Source: Podarcis gaigeae (taxonomy: Eukaryota). Taken from it: a stretch of 64,000 nucleotides of DNA. Of this stretch, positions 59,776 to 64,000 are shown one piece after another. The stretch lies in the NCBI GenBank assembly GCA_964106915.2, contig OZ066918.1. One strand, 5' to 3'. The notes under the pieces were generated by a model, which ran no database searches, had not been told where the DNA came from, and was given only the letters and a program-made list of their open reading frames with translations. A program made the translations under genes and the position numbers. Position 1 is the first letter of the stretch. Each line of letters opens with the position of its first letter.

Positions 59776-61538
59776 CCATTTCCCAAGGCTAAAGTGCCAA
59801 GTCTGTCTACACACAGTTCTGGACATTTTCTCACTGCTCCACATCTAGCCCCACACACTATCATTCACATAATATGCATATCCAGGCTACAAGGCTATGT
59901 TTAGCTGACATTCATTTAGTTCCTCTTTATGATACACATTTGTTAGCCCAGCTGAAGAACATAATAAATTCCAAAAGATACATTAAAATGCTACCAACAC
60001 AGAATCTTAACAATAACTGAAGGACTACAAAACGAAAGCAAAGGTTAGTGCTTTAATTCACTATGAATACATAGCTCCTGCCAGTAGCAAGTGTCATAAT
60101 ATGGGGTTTTAATGCTCCATTTAATACTCCCCTTTTCCAAGGAAAGCACCATCTACAAGTACTTTAAGTAGTTCAATGTAGGAAAACATCATTAGGAGAA
60201 ACTGCTGCAGGGATATCATAAAGCTGTCTGTTAGGTCATTCTGTAACCAAAGGCTACAAAAGCAACATACTGTATATAGAAAACAGCAGTGTTCTTAAAT
60301 GTATTCACTGGAAGCCAGTACGACAATCAAGATACAATAATAACCTTGTTATACAGTCCCTACTAACTTAACATCCCACTTGAGTGATCTGAAAATTATT
60401 CAAGAGATATTAAAAGCTGAAGTACCTAAGTCTGCTGAAAATTCAGATTGCTCCCCAAAACCTTTGTTAGTTACTTGTTAGAAATCAAAAGTCAAGTTTT
60501 TTCCCACCTTGCAAAAGTTTTCCTTCCTAGCTGGTCAGAGGCAATTCCTGTTCACCATAGATTATTAGGCAAATGTCTATTTGCAATCATAGGATGTTAT
60601 AACTTAAAGTGCCTGCCCTCCCTAACAGTTGCAGATTTATTTATGCTTTTTCATATTTTCCTTTGCCAAACTGCTGTTCATCAGCAAAATGCTATATGCC
60701 AAAAAATGTCATCTTGGCCTAGCATGGAACTTCTCTCTTCAAAATCAGAATGACCTGAACTATCAAGTGAAATTGCGAGAGAAATAATTACTGTTTTCCT
60801 ATGACTTTCAGTGAGATTCAACAAATATACAGTGAGGAAATAGGAAAGGTTTGGTACAACACACTCACCACACACTTTACAGAGAAAAATACAAAACAAT
60901 TTGCAGACAAGTAAATTCTGAAATAATATAGGAAAATAGAACCAATAATCTCTGGAGGATGGAATCACTCAATATTGGCACCTTGACTGTGGAATGCTCT
61001 CCTCTCACATATTTGACTAAGGTAAAAGTAAAGGTACCACACCAACCCAAATAGGTTTTCAGTGTCAGTTAACAACTCATTTATCCATCCAGCCTGTGGC
61101 TAAACTGGATGTGGAGCTGGGCAGCTTGCCCTCCTTGATTTACTGAACTACTCTATTTCATTATAATGCTATACTTTTATAAAGCACTATCCAACTAAGT
61201 CATACTCAGAGCAGTTCTGCTGAAATCAATGGATTTAAGTTCACTGATTTCAGTGACTCTACTTTGAATGTAACTAATGTTAGATATCAATCCTTGTGTA
61301 TTATGTATTTACTTTTATATTATAACCTGTTCTGGGATTATTTTAACAAAGAGTGGACAATATATTTTGTATAAATAAATAAAATCACTGGAGTCCTCAA
61401 AATGTTTTAGCATAATAATTGGGGTAAATAAATAAAGTGTATCAAAGCATGGTTTCCATACAGAAACGTTCTGCCTCCATCCCCCACAGCCTCAGGAATT
61501 GATACTTCAGGACCTCGCAAAGCAGAAATCCAAGAACT

Positions 61539-61825
61539 GAAGAAGAAGAAGAAGAAGAAGAAGAAGAAGAAGAGGAGGAGGAGGAGGAGTTTGGATTTGA
61601 TATCCCACTTTATCACTACCCTAAGGAGTCTCAAAGCGACTAACAATCTCCTTTTCCCTTTCTCCCCCACAACAAACACTCTGTAAGGTGAGTGAGGCTG
61701 AGAGACTTCAAAGACGTGTGACTAGCCCAAGGTCACGCAGCAGCTGCATGTGGAGGAGCAGGGAATCGAACCCAGTTTACCAGATTACGAGTCCACTGCT
61801 CTTAATCACTACACCACACTGGCTC
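61539..61825 (-). mobile_element. tRNA-derived squamate SINE with expanded (CTC)n(TTC)n tail
   Basis: Same family as 54807-55067. Confidence 0.85.
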
Positions 61826-62963
61826 AGCAAACTCATCTTCCTACCTCCAGTGAAAACTGAAAAGGATCAAAAAGGATCATAAGTACCTCCCACAAGTCAG
61901 TCCACATAATGGCATGCCACAATCAAAGATTGGGTGCTCTACAAAAAAACCCAGCTGCATGTGACTCAAGCAAGGGAGTGAATTGATGCACTACAGGGAA
62001 GAAGCAGAAGAACAGCTGAGCTTAACCATACCTAATTTTCCTATACCTGTCTCAAATCACTCACAGCATGGGAGAAGAGTTTCACAAGAGCTCTACAATA
62101 TCAAAGACGATAAATAAAATTAGGGAAAGTCCTAAGTGATCAGGAGAGTTTGTGCCTTCAAACTGCTACTCCTAGAAAGATAATGAGCTGAAAGTAAATG
62201 AAAGAACTGAAAAAGTGGCAGTGATGGACTCTACCTCAAAGAATGAAAGTGATAGGCTACTGGAAGTGGAACTGCCATTTTGTGAGTTCCGTGAGGTATC
62301 AGGTAAGTTACCGAGATTCTACTATGGCAGGTTTGAACACATCTCCTAGTTCATACTCTAAACCCATGAAAAAATGGATATCTTCCAGAAAAGAAAAGAA
62401 AAAACATATTGAGAATTTTTATTGGTGAGAGCCTGTGAATATGCAGCTTCAGGAAATTATGCAAAGAGTCCCAAACGTGGTCTGCAGAATAAGAAGATAA
62501 ATGCCACTGAGGCTCTTAAAGAAACAACTGAAAATTATTATCCAATAGTCCAAAGACTTAAAAACAGGCTAAATATAGGCAAGGCTTGTGTGGTAAACAT
62601 GAATAATAGTTTGAAGAACTACTGGGAGTACAACTGAATGGTTCATGATTTGATGAACTAAAACAGAAACAAATATCAGCCCCCAAAAGGGTAACAACAG
62701 GTCCTAAATTATACAGTTTAGCTTGTTTTCTGGAACTTTCCTACCAACGCATCCTGATCAAAGAAATATTTCAGGCTCAACCAGCAAACTGCTGGTTTGA
62801 TTTTGTATTTAATCAACCTGCAGTTTAAGCACAAATTTGTAAGACTGATGCTCTGTATTCAATTCCCATTCTATTCTTTTTATTCATATATTTGTGAACC
62901 GATACCCCAACCCTGTTTCCAGTCTATTCAGGGACTGAATTCACACCTACAGAACAAACTCAC

Positions 62964-63128
62964 CTGTGCAAATGATGAGCACTCCTCCATCTCTTTTAAA
63001 GAATGCTCTTTCAAAGAAAACACCACCACCCAAAAAGGCTGCCAACATTCTTGTCCCCCAAAGTAAACCAATGCATTTTCCTGCATTAGACTATCTACAG
63101 GAACCTCATAGGTACACGACTTAAACAT
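62964..63128 (-). CDS. DGKD: Candidate alternative first or cassette coding exon of DGKD (55 aa)
   Basis: ATG-initiated ORF of exactly 165 nt ending at a consensus donor CAG|gtgagt in phase 0, matching exon 2. TATAAATA lies about 135 nt upstream. Confidence 0.6.
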
Positions 63129-63259
63129 GAAAGGCTAGCAAAAAAAAAAACAAAAAACCTGACATAGATGTTGGGCTGCTTCTCACACAACACAGATGCT
63201 GCTGGGGGAGAGAAAAAGCCTGTAGTTTACAGCTGCCCATCTCTGCAAGAGAGCTGCTT

Positions 63260-63270
63260 CTATTTATAGG
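63260..63270 (-). promoter_or_regulatory. Candidate TATA box overlapping a MEF2-type site (CCTATAAATAG)
   Basis: Motif match upstream of the candidate exon; a GC box (63302) and GATAAG (about 63319) are nearby. Confidence 0.4.
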
Positions 63271-64000
63271 CAGCCAGCTTAGTAAAGACTTTGGTGGGTT
63301 TGGGCGGAAAGGGCTTGAGATAAGATCAAGATGACTTTATAGCATGTTTTCTTTTTCAAGCATTGCTGCTTTTCTTTGGCTTGATGTTCACTTCCCAGCT
63401 AGCATATTGCTCAGTCCTTTTGATACTGGTGAATGCTTCTGAGCAATGAGATCTGATGAAATGGTAACCGTTGAAAGCAACGTGACATGTTCCTTATCCT
63501 CCCTTTACAATCCTTACAAGAACTTAGAATCTATCTTCAACATCTGGTCATGTATCGTTACGTGAACAGTGATCCATAGCAAATGGCTAAAGGGAGAAAT
63601 CTTACTCTGCCTCCTCACACAAAAATAAACTGTCTTATTATAGGAATTTATTCTTAAATCCCATAGCAACCAGTCAGTCATATGAAGCAATGATATTTTA
63701 ATTATCTGCATCATTACCGGGAATAAATGCATGTACCAGTCAACTAAAAGTTATAACAATTACCAGGAATTAATTTGGAATTCTATAACCTCACTTCCCT
63801 CCCAAAGGATGCAATGACTCCTTAAAAGAGGAATGAGTAGTTGCAAAGAGTTGTTCAAACTGCTTTCTTTCCCCTTGCTGGCAGCTGAGTGTCCTATGTG
63901 AACCAAAAGACAGAGGCTGCATGGGATTTGTGCCTTCTACCACTTCCTGACAATGCTCAGGATCTATGGTCGCTTCCTTTATTTTATTATTGCAGGTTCA

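Noticed and set aside
1-64000. CRISPR array, operon, or prokaryotic/viral system
   Set aside because: No repeat-spacer arrays or long intronless ORFs; the window is explained by two spliced vertebrate genes plus repeats.

Overview
This is vertebrate genomic DNA. The SINE, CR1 and MITE content points to a squamate, most likely a lacertid lizard (inferred from repeats only). It holds two intron-containing genes in tandem on the minus strand. (1) DGKD (diacylglycerol kinase delta): 29 coding exons equivalent to human exons 2-30 were traced by hand between 58712 and 10727. All have GT-AG boundaries and consistent phases, and total 3501 nt (1166 aa plus stop; PH, two C1, split catalytic and SAM domains). 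A 3' UTR of about 3.2 kb follows, and the canonical exon 1 lies outside the window. (2) The 5' end of PROC (protein C): a promoter nearly identical to the human HNF3/HNF1/HNF6 element, a non-coding exon, and signal, Gla and aromatic-stack exons. Most ORFs in the supplied track are intronic or repeat-derived noise. No novel multi-gene system is supported. The best leads are candidate unannotated DGKD isoform exons (a TATA-associated in-frame exon at 62964-63134, an internal CCAAT promoter with a mini first exon at 41201-41413, and SAM-less C-termini), a Gla domain naturally carrying residues of an engineered gain-of-function human protein C, a head-to-head double SINE inside one target-site duplication, and an OC1-like hAT element.
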